Shown: positions 1 through 12,854 of the stretch, piece after piece | Layout: the number at the start of each line of letters is the position of its first letter | How positions within the stretch are numbered: position 1 is the first letter of the stretch | From: Selaginella moellendorffii | Taxonomy: Eukaryota > Plantae > Lycopodiophyta | Direction: 5' to 3' | DNA: 64,000 nt | Assembly (NCBI RefSeq): GCF_000143415.4 | Contig: NW_003314347.1 | Location: 457,438 to 521,437, forward strand | Position numbers and translations under genes: made by a program | The notes under the pieces: generated by a model | What the model saw: only the letters and a program-made list of their open reading frames with translations | Databases searched by the model: none | What the model was told of the DNA's origin: nothing

Positions 1-164
1 AGGTCAGCGTGGGCGCTCACGAGGTTTAAACTGATCTCTCTCGTACTCTGATCTTCCAATGTTTCTTTTGACTTCAGGCCTTGTCTCTGCTCAAGGCGTC
101 GCTGGTTTCAAAGACTGTGCTCAACGACGTCTTCAAATCCTACGTCTCACAGCGATCCTTTTAG
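1..164 (+). CDS. 3' end of a DUF674-family gene (partial; intron 24-77)
   Basis: Spliced translation VSVGAHE|ALSLLKASLVSKTVLNDVFKSYVSQRSF* resembles the DUF674 C-terminal motif EAL.LLKASL.SK.VL.DVF; GT..AG intron. Confidence 0.7.
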
Positions 165-424
165 ATCAATCATGTCTTCTCTTTCGCGACTTTAATCTAT
201 AGCTGCTACGACGTTTGTGGAGCTTTCTTTAGCTGGTTTCGCTTCTCAAGTTCTCATCCTTTGTAGTAAGGAGTAGTGGCTCTTCGGCTTCTATCTCGGT
301 TGGCGCAGTATGGGCTTTAAAGCCATTGAAAGGGTAAAAAAGTAGCCCTCCACTATAGAACCCTAAAAGTTTTTTCGCTTCGATCTATCGTCAGGGCGGA
401 AGGATTCTCCGGCGCCGCACGGGA

Positions 425-1873
425 ATGGGAAGGATCAGCTTCTTCTTTCTGGTACTCCTCTTTGTGGCATTCACTGCTGCGATCTACAACACCGCTAGAT
501 TCATCGCCGCAAGCGACAGCACTCTCGGCGGCGGGGAGGAGGAGTTCGATTTCAATCCCGGCGGCAAGAAGAAGCTCTTCCACACGGTAGTGACCTCCTC
601 GTCGGGATCTTACGCGCGCTGGCAATGCCGGATCATGTACTACTGGTTCAAGAAGTTCAAGGACCAGCCAGGGTCGGAGATGGGCGGATTCACGAGAATT
701 CTCCACTCGGGAGCTCCGGATGATCTCATGGATGAGATCCCGACCTTCGTTGCCGATCCTCTTCCCTCCGGTTTGGACAAGGTAGCGTGATCTTTGCTTC
801 TTTCTTTCTCCCATACTTTTTTTTTCTTTCTTTCTTTACTTCGCAGGGATACATAGTGCTCCATCGACCTTGGGCTTTCGTCCAGTGGCTTCGCAATGCT
901 ACCATTGAGGAAGAGTACGTTGTTCTACTTTTCTTCGTGTTGCTCGAGAACTTTGGTTACCTCTTTCGCAGCTATATCTTCATGGCCGAGCCCGACCATC
1001 TCATCACGAAGCCTCTTCCAAATCTGGCTTCCAGGCTGCGGCCCGCGGCGTTTCCATTCTTTTACATCACTCCCGAGAAATACGAGCGCGAGGTTGGAAA
1101 GTTTTTCAAAGGACCTGTGCAAGCTGTCGATCCGGTGGGAAATTCTCCTGCGATCATTCACAAGGTACGCAAGGTTTTTCGAGCTTGGGAAAGACTTCCT
1201 CGCAGCTTGGTGGACTTTGCAGGCTCAGCTTCTAAGAATTGCTCCAACTTGGCACAATCTTTCGATTCAAATGAAGCAGGACCCGGAGACTGATAAAGCA
1301 TTTGGCTGGGTTTTGGAGATGTAAGTATAGAGCTCTTTTTTCCTATGGTGTTGTTGATCCTACCGTGTTGTTCATAGGTACGCGTATGCTATTGCTTCCG
1401 CTGTTCACGGTGTGAAGCACACTTTGCGTAAGGACTTTATGATTCAGGTTTGGATTCAATCTACCTAGTTTCTGTGGAGATTGATTTTGCTGATGGTTTC
1501 TCGCAGCCTCCTTGGGATACATCACTGGGAGACAAATATATCATCCATTACACATACGGCTGCGATTACACTCTGGAGGTAGTACACCTACTGTTACGCA
1601 TCCAAATGAAGTTAGCTTCCTCGTCTCAGGGTGTTTTGACGTACGGGAAAGTTGGAGAATGGCGTTTCGATAAGAGATCGTTTACAGCAGGTGCTCCTCC
1701 GCGAAACTTAACACTGCCACCTGCAAATGTCCCAGGAAGTGTGGTACGTTTTTCTCTCATATTATACTTCTTGTCTTATTGTTCGTGCTGCGTCGCGTCA
1801 CTTACAGGCTATGCTTGTCAAGATGATCAACCAGGCAACAGCTGACATACCAAACTGGAAAGCTGGAGAGTAG
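425..1873 (+). CDS. HPAT: Hydroxyproline O-arabinosyltransferase (GT95), 8 exons: 425-781, 847-914, 972-1164, 1223-1320, 1378-1447, 1507-1578, 1630-1743, 1808-1873
   Basis: N-terminal TM anchor; motifs WQCRIMYYW, GGFTRILHSG, MAEPDH, FGWVLEMYAY, HYTYGCDY, GEWRFDKR, LVKMINQATADIPNW; all introns GT-AG. Confidence 0.93.
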
Positions 1874-2061
1874 AAACAAAACCGCGCTTTGGTCTCGCGA
1901 TTCTAATTTTTCTCGGGAAGTAAGCCTGCCTTCGTTTCCTTGACGCCGAAGCTAATGAACTCTGGCTTGCAGCTTGGATATTCGGGGAATGTCCGGACCC
2001 CGTCCGTGAGTGAGATAGCACGAGAAGATAGGTATCTGTCAATCTCAGGCGGCAAGGAAGT

Positions 2062-3102
2062 ATGGATTCTCATCACCAGACGACATGGGTCCGTCGGAAT
2101 AGCAACCCGAAGCTAGAATCCATCTCCGTGCTCGACATTCCTTCGACGGTCCAGCCTTCTGCAGCATCCAAGCACCAGAGCTCGGCAGGCTTTGCTACAA
2201 GTCTCATCATTTTGTCTTGGTACGCATCCAACATTGGAGTTCTCCTGCTCAACAAGTACCTGCTGAGCTACTTTGGATTCAGGTACCCGGTCTTCCTGAC
2301 GATGCTACACATGTGTTCTTGCTCTATCAGCAGCTTCATTGCTGTTGGGTGGCTTAACATCGTCCCCATCCAGTACATCGGATCCCGAAGCCAGCTTCTC
2401 AAGATCGTGGCGCTCAGCTCCATCTTCTCCTTGTCCGTCGTGAGTGGAAACATGTCGCTGAGGTACCTTCCAGTTTCTTTCAACCAGGCTATAGGTGCGA
2501 CGACGCCGTTCTTCACTGCCATCTTTGCCTTCCTCATCACCTGCAAGAAGGAAACAGGGACAGTTTACATGGCGCTGGTCCCGGTGGTCCTGGGAATAGC
2601 TCTAGCCAGCAACGGCGAGCCGCTCTTCAACGTCGTGGGATTTGTAGCTTGCCTTGTGTCCACAGCAGCGAGAGCTCTCAAGTCAGTGGTCCAGGGGCTA
2701 CTGCTCACTTCAGAAGCGGAGAAGCTCCACTCGATGAATCTCCTCATGTACATGGCTCCGATTGCGGTCGTTCTCCTCCTCCCAGCGGCACTCATCATAG
2801 AAGGCAACGTTTTCGGCGTTATAGCGAGCGAGGCCGAGAAGAAGCCGTGGTTTCTGCTGGTTCTCGCCGCCAACATGATGATCGCTTACTCCGTCAACCT
2901 CTTCAACTTCCTGGTTACCAAGCACACGAGCGCTCTCACTCTCCAGGTCCTGGGAAATGCCAAAGCCGCGGTTGCTGCAGCCATCTCGGTTCTTATCTTC
3001 CGGAACCCGGTTACGGTCACCGGACTGACAGGATTCACCATCACCATTCTCGGAGTGATCCTCTACAGTGAGGCCAAGAAGCGTTCCAAGGCTATCTTCT
3101 AG
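2062..3102 (+). CDS. Intronless TPT-family Golgi nucleotide-sugar transporter, UUAT (UDP-uronic acid transporter)-like
   Basis: 346-aa multi-TM ORF with [58 protein letters not shown]. Confidence 0.9.
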   Translation: MDSHHQTTWVRRNSNPKLESISVLDIPSTVQPSAASKHQSSAGFATSLIILSWYASNIGVLLLNKYLLSYFGFRYPVFLTMLHMCSCSISSFIAVGWLNIVPIQYIGSRSQLLKIVALSSIFSLSVVSGNMSLRYLPVSFNQAIGATTPFFTAIFAFLITCKKETGTVYMALVPVVLGIALASNGEPLFNVVGFVACLVSTAARALKSVVQGLLLTSEAEKLHSMNLLMYMAPIAVVLLLPAALIIEGNVFGVIASEAEKKPWFLLVLAANMMIAYSVNLFNFLVTKHTSALTLQVLGNAKAAVAAAISVLIFRNPVTVTGLTGFTITILGVILYSEAKKRSKAIF

Positions 3103-3234
3103 TCGGGTTTGTCTTTCGCTTAGTATTTTTTTTGTTCTAATTTGTTTATTTGTCCGGAAAATTGTTTTTTTTCAACGATTCTATCCTCCGACGGGGTTTG
3201 TAGCTCTTCTCTCTATTTCTCGTTTTGAATTCCC

Positions 3235-4270
3235 ATGGGGGCGGCTCGAGTTATCCAGCCAGCTTCTGTTCGTAGCAGCAGCAGCAGCAGCTCCACGCTT
3301 TGTTCTTCCGTGGATACCTCTGGAGTGGCATCGTCTTCTTCATTGCCACTCCAGTCGTGTTCTTTGAGCTCCCGGTCGCGACGCAATCTGGGTCTCCGAG
3401 CAGCCACCTCCGAGGCCGAGTGTGCGTTTTCCAGGTCCAGGCTTGTCCAATCCGTCCGTCGCCCAGTTCTTCGAAGAGCTCAGGACACGCAGCAAGAGCC
3501 CAGCTTCAAGACTTTGGCGGTGGAGGACGAAGGTGTGGAGGTGGAAGGCGTGATAAAGGTGGAGAAGGAGAGAACAGCTCGACCATCGTGGGGGTATGTA
3601 TGAGCTCTCCCTTTCGGTGGTGTACTTAAGGTTTTTTCTTTCTCCAGGAGAGTACTTGTTCTAGCTGGAGGAGATTTGCTAGCTTTGCTCGCGTTCGCGT
3701 CGATTGGACGAGCAAACCATGGATCGTCGCCGCTCAGCTGGGACATTTTCAGGACTGCTGATCCTTTCATTGCCGGTACGTTTTCTTCTAGGTGATAAAA
3801 CTTTGGAGCTTACGCTGACGAGTTGTCCATTCAGGGTGGCTGCTGGGAGCTTATTTTCTCGGTGGCTTTGGCCCGGAGGGTCAAGGACTCTACGGCTTGC
3901 GTGGTGCTACCTTTTCAGCAATCAAGTCATGGGGCGTAAGCATTCCCGTAAGTACGAAGTTCTCTCGAAAGACGTAGCTAATAGTTGTATGTGAGCAGCT
4001 GGGCCTAGTCATTCGAACGTTGATCACGGGTCACACTCCGCCGCAAACTTTCATTTTGATCAGTATGGGGAGCACTTTCGTTCTTCTGGTTTCCTGGCGA
4101 ACGCTTTTCACGGCTCTCTTCCCAAATGAGGATACGAGCAGGGACACCAGCGTTAAGAAAGGAAGCATTCTGGAGTTTTTCGAGGTGAAGTAACTTCCAT
4201 TCTAGTTCTAGTGCAAATCTCCTTAACACTTTCTCTTCAGCTTCTAACATCGTTGGTAAGACGATGGTAG
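3235..4270 (+). CDS. DUF3054-family membrane protein with a likely plastid transit peptide; exons 3235-3593, 3648-3775, 3835-3947, 3999-4184, 4241-4270
   Basis: Ser-rich N-terminus; spliced motifs GGDLLALLAFASIGRANHG, TADPFIAGW, C-terminal KKGSILEFFELLTSLVRRW*. Confidence 0.8.
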
Positions 4271-4745
4271 CACAAGGTCCATCGGCTGTAAGCGTTTAAA
4301 GTTTTTAACGAGCTCGTTATCAAACTACTTAGGGAACAAGGTCGGAGTTTTGATTTTTCTAACAGTTTCCACTTTGCGCTAGATACTCACTCGATCCAGT
4401 GGGGCTCAATTCGACTTTTCCAGGTAATTTGGCATCAAAATCATGGGTGCACGTCTACAACATGCTGTGCTTTTTCCAGAGTTTTTCTTCCCTGGCCAGG
4501 ACCGATTCATGCTGCCAGGCATGTTTGAAACGATGCGATTCAAACCAAACCCGGCCAGCGGAAGCAAGCACAGGCACGCAAGTCGTGCCACCCACATTCC
4601 CGAGCTTGTCGAATTATCAAGCCAAAGGTTAAGGTGGCTTTCAAGATAGTCCATCGACGTCCAACCTCGAGGCGCTCGAGAGAGCGAAAGATCATTGCTT
4701 ACACGACGAGAAAGAAAGTTTTCTTTGCAAGCTCGTCAAGTAACG

Positions 4746-5318
4746 ATGTGGTGGTGGTGGCTGCTCCTCGTCATGCTTCTCGACGCAAGGATGATCGCTC
4801 TCACCACAGCGGTAAGCTTTTTTTTTTTCTTTTTTCTTTCGATTCACAGGGAGATCGAAGTTCTTTGGTTTTCGCTGCAGGAGTGTCGCTACGATCTCAC
4901 ATTCTTCCCGAGCAGCGAGTGCTTGGATCGGTCGAGCAGCTCCCCTCGAGTCTCGGTTCTGGTGGAGCTGGGAAACGAGGAGCAGGAATTCGTGATGTGG
5001 GGGCAGTCCGATTTGCCGCAGACAAAGGATCGCTGCGGAGAGACCACGCTGCGGCTGGCGAGCGGCGGCAAATGCTTGGCGGGCATTTGCCAGATGCGAT
5101 TGATACGCTTCTTTGGAAGCTCGGCTTCCTCGAGCTCGGATGATGGAGACTGGCTGCTGCGAGCAGTGAGAATTCAGACCAGCGACAAGAATCTCGTCGA
5201 TTTCAACGTCACCGGACCGATTCCGGTGGATGGCCAGGCCTCGGTGGGAAGCTGTGTCGATTCCACGGAAGAAATCGAGGATTATAGCGATGAAGTGGGT
5301 GACATAGACTGGTCGTGA
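4746..5318 (+). CDS. Secreted PLAT/LH2 (ATS3-like) protein; exons 4746-4811 and 4881-5318
   Basis: Signal-peptide exon (22 codons), phase-0 GT-AG intron, then the pattern ECRY..., ICQMRLIR, DGDWLLRAVRI, F....IP.......C. Confidence 0.6.
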   Translation: MWWWWLLLVMLLDARMIALTTAVSFFFFFFLSIHREIEVLWFSLQECRYDLTFFPSSECLDRSSSSPRVSVLVELGNEEQEFVMWGQSDLPQTKDRCGETTLRLASGGKCLAGICQMRLIRFFGSSASSSSDDGDWLLRAVRIQTSDKNLVDFNVTGPIPVDGQASVGSCVDSTEEIEDYSDEVGDIDWS

Positions 5319-6355
5319 GAGAAATGTGCTCTGTTTGCGAGGAACCCTAAAAACAGAGCATATAGAATTGACCTAAAAACAGAGTGCTCTGTTAGGGTCG
5401 TGGTGGTGGTGTTGTCTTGTCTCGAGCGCACCAAACATTATAAAATCAATGGAGAATTCTTTCAATCCAGCATTCCTTGAGCACGATTTCACGATTCCTC
5501 CCCTTGTTTTTGGGGGTGTAGTTGAGAAATCATCAAGAAATGTAGGTATGGTTGGTTGGTGCTTCTGCATTCTATCACACACAACCCACAACGGAAGCGA
5601 AAACATCAGCTCACTGCCAGATCAATCCAGATACCAAAAAACCCATCAAGAATTTCCATCCTCTCTTTCTCTCTTTCTTTCTTTCCTTTAAATTATGATA
5701 GAAATCTTAGCTAGAATGCACGCTTTCAGCTCTAGGAAGAGAAAACTACTAGCCATCAGCCCGAAAGACATGTTTGGAGCACTGCTTTGCTGTCAAATCT
5801 CTCATTCTCTCATCCATTTCTTAGTGTTTCCTCTCCCTCTCTTTTGTTCCTTTGCGGGATTTTTTGGGTTTTGGGTGTTTGATTGATAGGGAGGAGCAAC
5901 TTCTCGAATGCGACATGTTGCTTACTTGCTGGTGGTCCTCCACCTCCGTGTAACAAGCATCAGTTGGTTTTGTCACAAGAACACACACTTGGGGCGAGCG
6001 AGAAGAAAGGATTTGCCTTCTCTCCAATCTCTCCGGGGATCGCAGCGAGGAAGAAACTCCTCTCCATCGCCCAATTCGAGTCAACTCATACCAGATCTCA
6101 CGTAAGTTTCTAGCAGTTTAAATTTGCATTCCTTTTTCTTGCATCTCATCTCAATCTCATCTCATCTCTATTTTATCTCCCAGTTCCTTTCTTCGTAAAT
6201 AAAGCTTGTCCCTTTTATTCGTTTCGGACATTGGAGTAGCCACACACATTGTGATCGATTAGGTCGCATCACTCTCTCTACGTGGAGCTCTTTGGTGGTG
6301 GTGTTTTTTCCTTTTTCCTCGTCGCTCCCAAAGTTTGGGAAGTTTGCGACTAGCA

Positions 6356-7848
6356 ATGACCGCGGAATCGAGCGCTTGGTGGAGCACGGCCGGAGCTTTG
6401 GCTTTGTCCGTCGTCTCGGCGGTGGCCATTGTCATCTGCAACAAGGCCCTCATATCAAACCTGGGCTTCAACTTCGGTAAGTTTTCAACTTCTATCCTTC
6501 GTTCCTCCTAGATTGAGAAATCCAACGCTTTTAGCTTCTAGAGATGCCAAAGTGCAAAGTTTCAAAGTTTTGATTGTTTGATCTTGGCAGCCACAACTCT
6601 TTCGAGCTGGCACCTCGTGATCACGTACTGCTCGCTCCAGATCGCAAACTGGCTCAACTTTTTCCAGCAAAAGCACATTAACATGCGCGTCGTCATGGCT
6701 TTCGGTGTACTCAATGCATCTTCCATTGCCTTCCTCAACCTCAGCCTGGGCTACAACTCAGTTGGTTTCTACCAGGTAAGCTGAAGTTCTCATACTATAC
6801 AAGCTAATCTTCTTTTCCAGATGACAAAGCTCGCGATTATCCCATGTACAGTTATACTGGAGACAATCTTCCTAGGGAAACACTTCAGGTACCTTCTTGT
6901 GCTTATTAAGTTAGTATACATCCAATGCCTCGTATGGTTTTCTCTTGTTTTTGATGTTCCAGCCACAGGATTCAGCTGTCGCTAGTTATTCTCCTGGGCG
7001 GAGTTGCCGTGGCTACAGTGACGGATCTGCAACTTAACTTTCAAGGAACAGTTTTGTCGCTGTTTGCGATTTTGACAACCTGCATTGCTCAAATTGTAAG
7101 CTTGTGTACATGTTTCGGTTCTTCCAAACTTCTATATAACCTTGTTCTACCAGATGACGAACACGATCCAGAAGGGGTACAAGGTCTCTTCGACCCAGCT
7201 TCTCTTCCAATCTTGCCCCTATCAAGTCACGACATTAATTCTCATGGGTCCGATCTTCGACTTTGCGCTCACCAAGCAAAACGTTTTTGCCTTCGAGTAC
7301 AACCCCAAAGTCGTGGTAAGACAAACTTGATTTCCTGTCACTTTGGAGTGCTCTGACCACACTCTTTTCTTTTTTTTTGTTTTTTCTGGTGTATGTAGAT
7401 GTTTATAGTTTTGTCCTGCTTGATCGCTGTGTCCGTCAACTTTAGCACCTTCTTGGTGATCGGAAGAACCTCTCCTGTCAGCTACCAGGTGCTGGGGCAC
7501 CTCAAGACCTGCCTCATATTGACTTTTGGCTACGTCGTCCTGAAGACTCCGTTCAGCTGGAGAAATATTTCCGGGATCCTGGTAGCTGTGATTGGAATGG
7601 GTCTCTACTCCCTGAGTTCCATCCTGGAAACTCAAAAGGCCACGACAAATCCTCCATCCTCACAATCCCAGGTGAACTTTTCAGCGTGATTCATTGTCTC
7701 GGAAACTTATAATACTTATAATATGATTTTGTAGGTGCACAAGGAAGAGCCTCGAATTGTTATTGACAATGGGAGGCAAAACATTGCCGAGGATGCCACG
7801 ACACTGGCTTCATCGCTTTGGAAGACGGACTCGGACAAAGAGACGTGA
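6356..7848 (+). CDS. UXT: UDP-xylose transporter-like nucleotide-sugar transporter (7 exons)
   Basis: Motifs ALSVVSAVAIVICNKALIS, NSVGFYQMTKLAIIPCTV, TNTIQK..KVSSTQLL, NFSTFLVIGRTSPVSYQVLGHLKT. Confidence 0.9.
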
Positions 7849-10800
7849 ATTTCGGTCAAGATCCAAGCTTTTTTTTCCCAGGCAAGCTACTATCAATCAC
7901 ACTTCCGCGTCTGAATGGATGAACTCGTGTACAGAGAAAGGTCGTGAAAATTGTGTTTAGAGAGCATCCAGAGGTGAGAAAAGCTATCATTCTTTTATAT
8001 ACTGCGATTACTCGACTTGTATAAATGCATGAGTGACGAAACTTTAGATTCAAGGTCTTCGTTGCGAGTCTCTTTTGTTCGTCTATTGCTTTGTAGACTT
8101 GGCTCATCGCTGTGCACAATCTAGCTTTGTTGAGATTTGTTCTTTGGAATAATTGGACAAAAGGGAAACAACTATTTTCGCATAACACAATAAAGAAAAG
8201 TATATCTTTGTATTGCGACTGGTAAAAACTGTGACCCTCGAATCTCTTTGATAGCAACAAGATAAAAAAAATACCACCATCTCGATTTGTGGTCAATCGT
8301 GCTTACGCAGAAATGGTACATTACGTCAGGGCATACGTCGTTGGGTTTGCCTTGGACTATAGCCAACTTGCGACATGTAACTCAGAATTAACTCATCTTT
8401 CTGTCTTGTGAACTTTGAGTCTTCATTCTTTTCCAGATTGTCTAGATTTTATGGCAATCAAGCAAAAGCACTCCCAATTCTGTTCATCTCTTTTGCACAA
8501 ACTTTCCAAGATACCAAAACTCCAAAACTCCAACATCTAGTGTTTTTATTTTTTATTTTTTTTGACTCTACAATAAAGAGCACACAAACACTCACAAACT
8601 CATAGCCCAATTATAAAACGAAAAGTATTATCCCGAGCATCCTTTTATAGAAAATGTGGCGTCGCACTTGCAAGGGAATCATTGGGCCAGAAAGCTGCTT
8701 AGGAATTCCTCTTTCCTGTTATACAGACGAACCAAGGTACAGCTAGAGGAGAATCTCATTGAGAGAAGCATGATAAAATACAAAGACTTAGACCAACACC
8801 TCTGTCTATAAGTGTGGTACGTTGCATTTGGGGCCAATACTTGGGTGATCCTAAACGCTTATGTGGCCTCGTTCCTGATCGATTCAGCTCCTCAGAGCTT
8901 GATGTGTCACGTATGGAGAATCAAATGCTAATCTCATGTATGGTACTACCACCCGCAGGCAAGCCTGAATAGACAATCAGATACCTCACGGCTCTGACCT
9001 TAACGTTTGCATGGTTCTTTAATCGATGCCATCACCTGGTCATGCACTCGTGATGAGGTTTGTTAAGGGAGAAACATAGTTTTCACAGATTAATGCGGGG
9101 ATTTAGCGCCATATAAGTAACCACCGGCAAAGCAGTATATCAATATGGCCCCATCTTGCAGCTGGATCAAGGGATTAAAATTGCCCAAATCGGTCCCATA
9201 GTGTTTGGAGGTGATACGAAATGGGCCAGGCAAAGTTTCCCCAAGTAGCAAGCACCGCCACCCCGCGTTAAATACAAGTTGGCGGGTGTGTTCTTGTAAC
9301 CACAGCCAGCCAGCTTTGTCCAATCCGCAATCTCCCCGGACCCAAGTTTGCAAAGATCAAGATGAAACAAGACTTGCGTGTATACCGACGTTTTTAGGTG
9401 CGAGTGTAAGGATCATATCAGTGTATATACATATATGGTATTCCAGTTTCTCTCAATTGCTTTCGTTTGTTGCGGGAGATTTTCCATAAGAACGTTTGGG
9501 TCGGGCTCAATCTGGTGCCACAGATTTTGCAAGTTCACCCACGAACAAACAAAACTCAGAAATAAGAAAACTAAAAAACGAAAGAACATGAGAAGTTGGG
9601 GAAAGCTTGCGGCTTCGCTTTGATCGGGCACGCATCAGCATCACGGCCCCGTGGTCAGGAATCGGTCATGTTTTGGAGTGACACGACTTGGACGGGTAAC
9701 TTGGTTGTCACGCAAATGCCTCTCCTTTGAAAGAGATAAAATTGGGCTCCAAACTTGTGCACGCATTGTTTAAGCTACATTTTGGGAATTGACTCGAGTA
9801 CTGGCGATGTAACCACCAAACCCAACAAACCTTGCTTTCACAAGAAAACGGGTCCGGATAGAGAGAGAGAGAGAGAGAGAGAAAGGGCTGACCATAAAAT
9901 TTATTAGATCTCCATAAAATTGATTCGACTTGAAATTTTTTTTTAGTGTTTTGTGTGACAGCTGATTGCTCAATCCCAACGGCTGATGATGCTTCAAGGC
10001 TGGGCCTTTGCAAACATGAGCATGGCGTTAGCATTACGTATGAACTTGGGTAAGAAGTTAGATGGATATCCCACTGGGCCTGATTTTCCACCTTTTATTT
10101 AATGGTTTTCTCTTTCTTTGGTTCCTCCTCTCCTCAAGTTGACTCCTCACGTCTGTTTCTCGTGTTCGCAGCACAGGGGAATGTTTGGAGATCACTTGCT
10201 TCATGGATCCACTCTCAACCAATGTAGAATATTATAAAAGCTCGGGAGTGAGGTCACTGGGATTGATTCCATTTGGGTGTACGGAGATCTCCAGGATGGT
10301 GCAGTAGTTTATTGAGTCGGGACATAATGTAAATCTGTTCCATTGCAAACTCTTCCTTCGTTTAAAATTGTTTCCTGAGGATGGATTCAAATTTGTTATG
10401 AACACGAGTGCATTAATGTTTTTAAACACAGCTTGCAATGTTTATGATTTATCTGGGTTATGCTTCGGCCCTCAGGATCACCCAACAGGGAAGTGAAATA
10501 GCCTCATGGATTATAGGCATTGCAGACAAAGAAGAAGTGTGAATGAACAAGCCAGCTCGAGAGAATGGGCAGACTTTTGTTGGACATGGAGGATAGCGGC
10601 TTCCCATCTTGCCAAGAAGAAGAAATTACATATAAAACCTCCCGGGAAATCCGGCTGAAGTCGACGCACTTGTCAAAACGCCGCTCTCGTCCGGCAACAC
10701 ATTGTTTTTGCAAAGGTGATGACGACCAAGACAAAGCAATGCCGCGAGGACCAACAAGTTAGGTCATCGTTTCACATCTCCCTTTCCCGGAGGAGAGAGT

Positions 10801-12798
10801 AACGCTCCAGCGATTGGAGAGATTCCATACGAGATACGTGTTGGAGCTCCAGATCTCCGTACGCGCTCTCTCATGCTCCACGCGAATCTGGTCGGATCCA
10901 GTGGGACAAGCTGGATTGAATGCGTGATTGGAGGGAGATTCCGGGAGATATTCGTGCTAAATCGCATTGCGGGCGCCCTTCCACCGTGACCCCGAGAGCT
11001 GGTCAATGGGGAGCCCACTGGCGGCGCCCGCACGACCCGGGTGCGCCGCACGTCAGCATGGCGCCACGTCAACGTTTGTTTTTGAGGGCGGGGATGTGGA
11101 TTTCTTGGTGGCTCACTGGTACGCGGACAAGCTACCTGTCCGCACATTACTGGATGCCAAATGTCAATGATTTTTCTAGTCAACACTGTAATCAAGATAC
11201 GAGAAATTGAGTGGAATTTCACGTATTGCATCCGCAACTCTTTTGGAAAATTTTGGCGTACCACTATAGCCCCCATAGTCTGAGAGATTTCCTGGATTGA
11301 ATCAACCACCAACTCGGATAATTCGTCAAGGCCAGTCTTCCATGGTGGATTGAAACGCAGAAGTCAACCCGTGAGACGTAGCAAATTGACTGGCAGTAGA
11401 AAATCTTTGACCGCAAGTTAAAAACGAGGCGAACGCTCCGCGAAGGCCGGTATAGTTTGGTTCGCATTGAAACTCTGAACCCTAGGAGGAATAATCAAAA
11501 GCGTCACCTTTTCATTTCTTTCCTCAACCAACATATCCAATGTGTCCCACAACTTTGATATCGCGAAGAACCCGTGCTTCAAAAGTACGCCATGTGTGCC
11601 CCTTATACACGACCCATCGACATGCGGGGCTAGAAACCAATTTTTCCTTTGTCGATCGAATTGAATTGGAGCTTCCAAACGCCATGCCTCTCCAGGCCCA
11701 TCTCCGGTTGGCTCCGGCTCTCAGTCATGCCACGATTTAGCTATGTTGTAAGTTACGAGTCACACACACTCACACACAACCTCTCCAAAGTGGTCCCATG
11801 ACATGAGACACCCCCGAAAGAAATTAAAGTTGGCGAAACAAAGGAAAGAGGGCAAAGCAAAAAAAAAAAAAAAAGGAAGCTCAGGTTGGTTGGTCACGAA
11901 TGGATCGATGGCCTGTCCTTTGGAAAGCAAAGCTTGAGGGGCGGAGGTCATGGCATGTTGCCCGAATCGAGGAGGAGATCTTATCGCCCACACCTGAGAG
12001 ATAGTAAGACTCGCTACGTAGGAGAGCTTGGCATTTCACAATCTCTCTGGCATCCGGGGTGATGGAGTACGGCTGGAATGTCGACACGATGCTTATTATT
12101 CCCCGGGAATATGCGGGAAATAAAGAGGAGAAGTTCAACACGTATTGGGCAGTGGGAATCACTTGGAATCTCTCGCTGGCATCTTTTTCTCGGAGGTGGA
12201 TGGAGTCCCCATCTTGCTTGTTTTGGGGTCGCAGTCGCCTTGACGGCCTACCATCCATCGTTGTCACTTTGCCCTCTCGTGTGCTCTCTCTCTCTCTTTG
12301 CAAGTTCTGCCTTTCCTTGTGGTCGAGTTTTGTGTATATATACATCACTATCCAGTTTGGGGCTCAAGATTGTTTTGGGCAGAAATCACTTCACACTTGT
12401 CTTGAAGCGCAATCCAAATTCTCTGGTTAAGCCAAAGTGCTATATAATATATAAGCTTATATATGACACAAGCACACCAGAGTAAGGTTTTAGAGCACTC
12501 GAAACGTAGCGTGTCTGTGCTTCCCTTGTTAGGTGACTCAATGACCCACGAGTGTTTGTGACTTCAAAGGTGGAAAAGAGGGAAAGAGAGAGAGAGAGAA
12601 GAGAAAAAAGAGAGCGCTCCATTCCATTTTTCAAGGAATCAAGGAAATGCCGCAGCTGGGCATCTGTTGTGGAGCAAGGCGACGGAGGCAATCATCGGGC
12701 AGTGGTTGTGTAGCGCTTGGGGGTGAAGATCCAAACAGAGTTTTATAAAAGGAGACTACTTGCTTTTAGCTGCTGCTTTTTGACCCGTGGCGCCCCAG

Positions 12799-12808
12799 AT
12801 ATAAAAAC
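12799..12808 (+). promoter_or_regulatory. Putative TATA box of the + strand MYB gene
   Basis: ATATAAAA about 50 nt upstream of the ATG at 12855. Confidence 0.4.
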
Positions 12809-12854
12809 CACAAGGAGGATTTGGAGGACTTGCGCCCCTCGAGCGATCGTCGTC

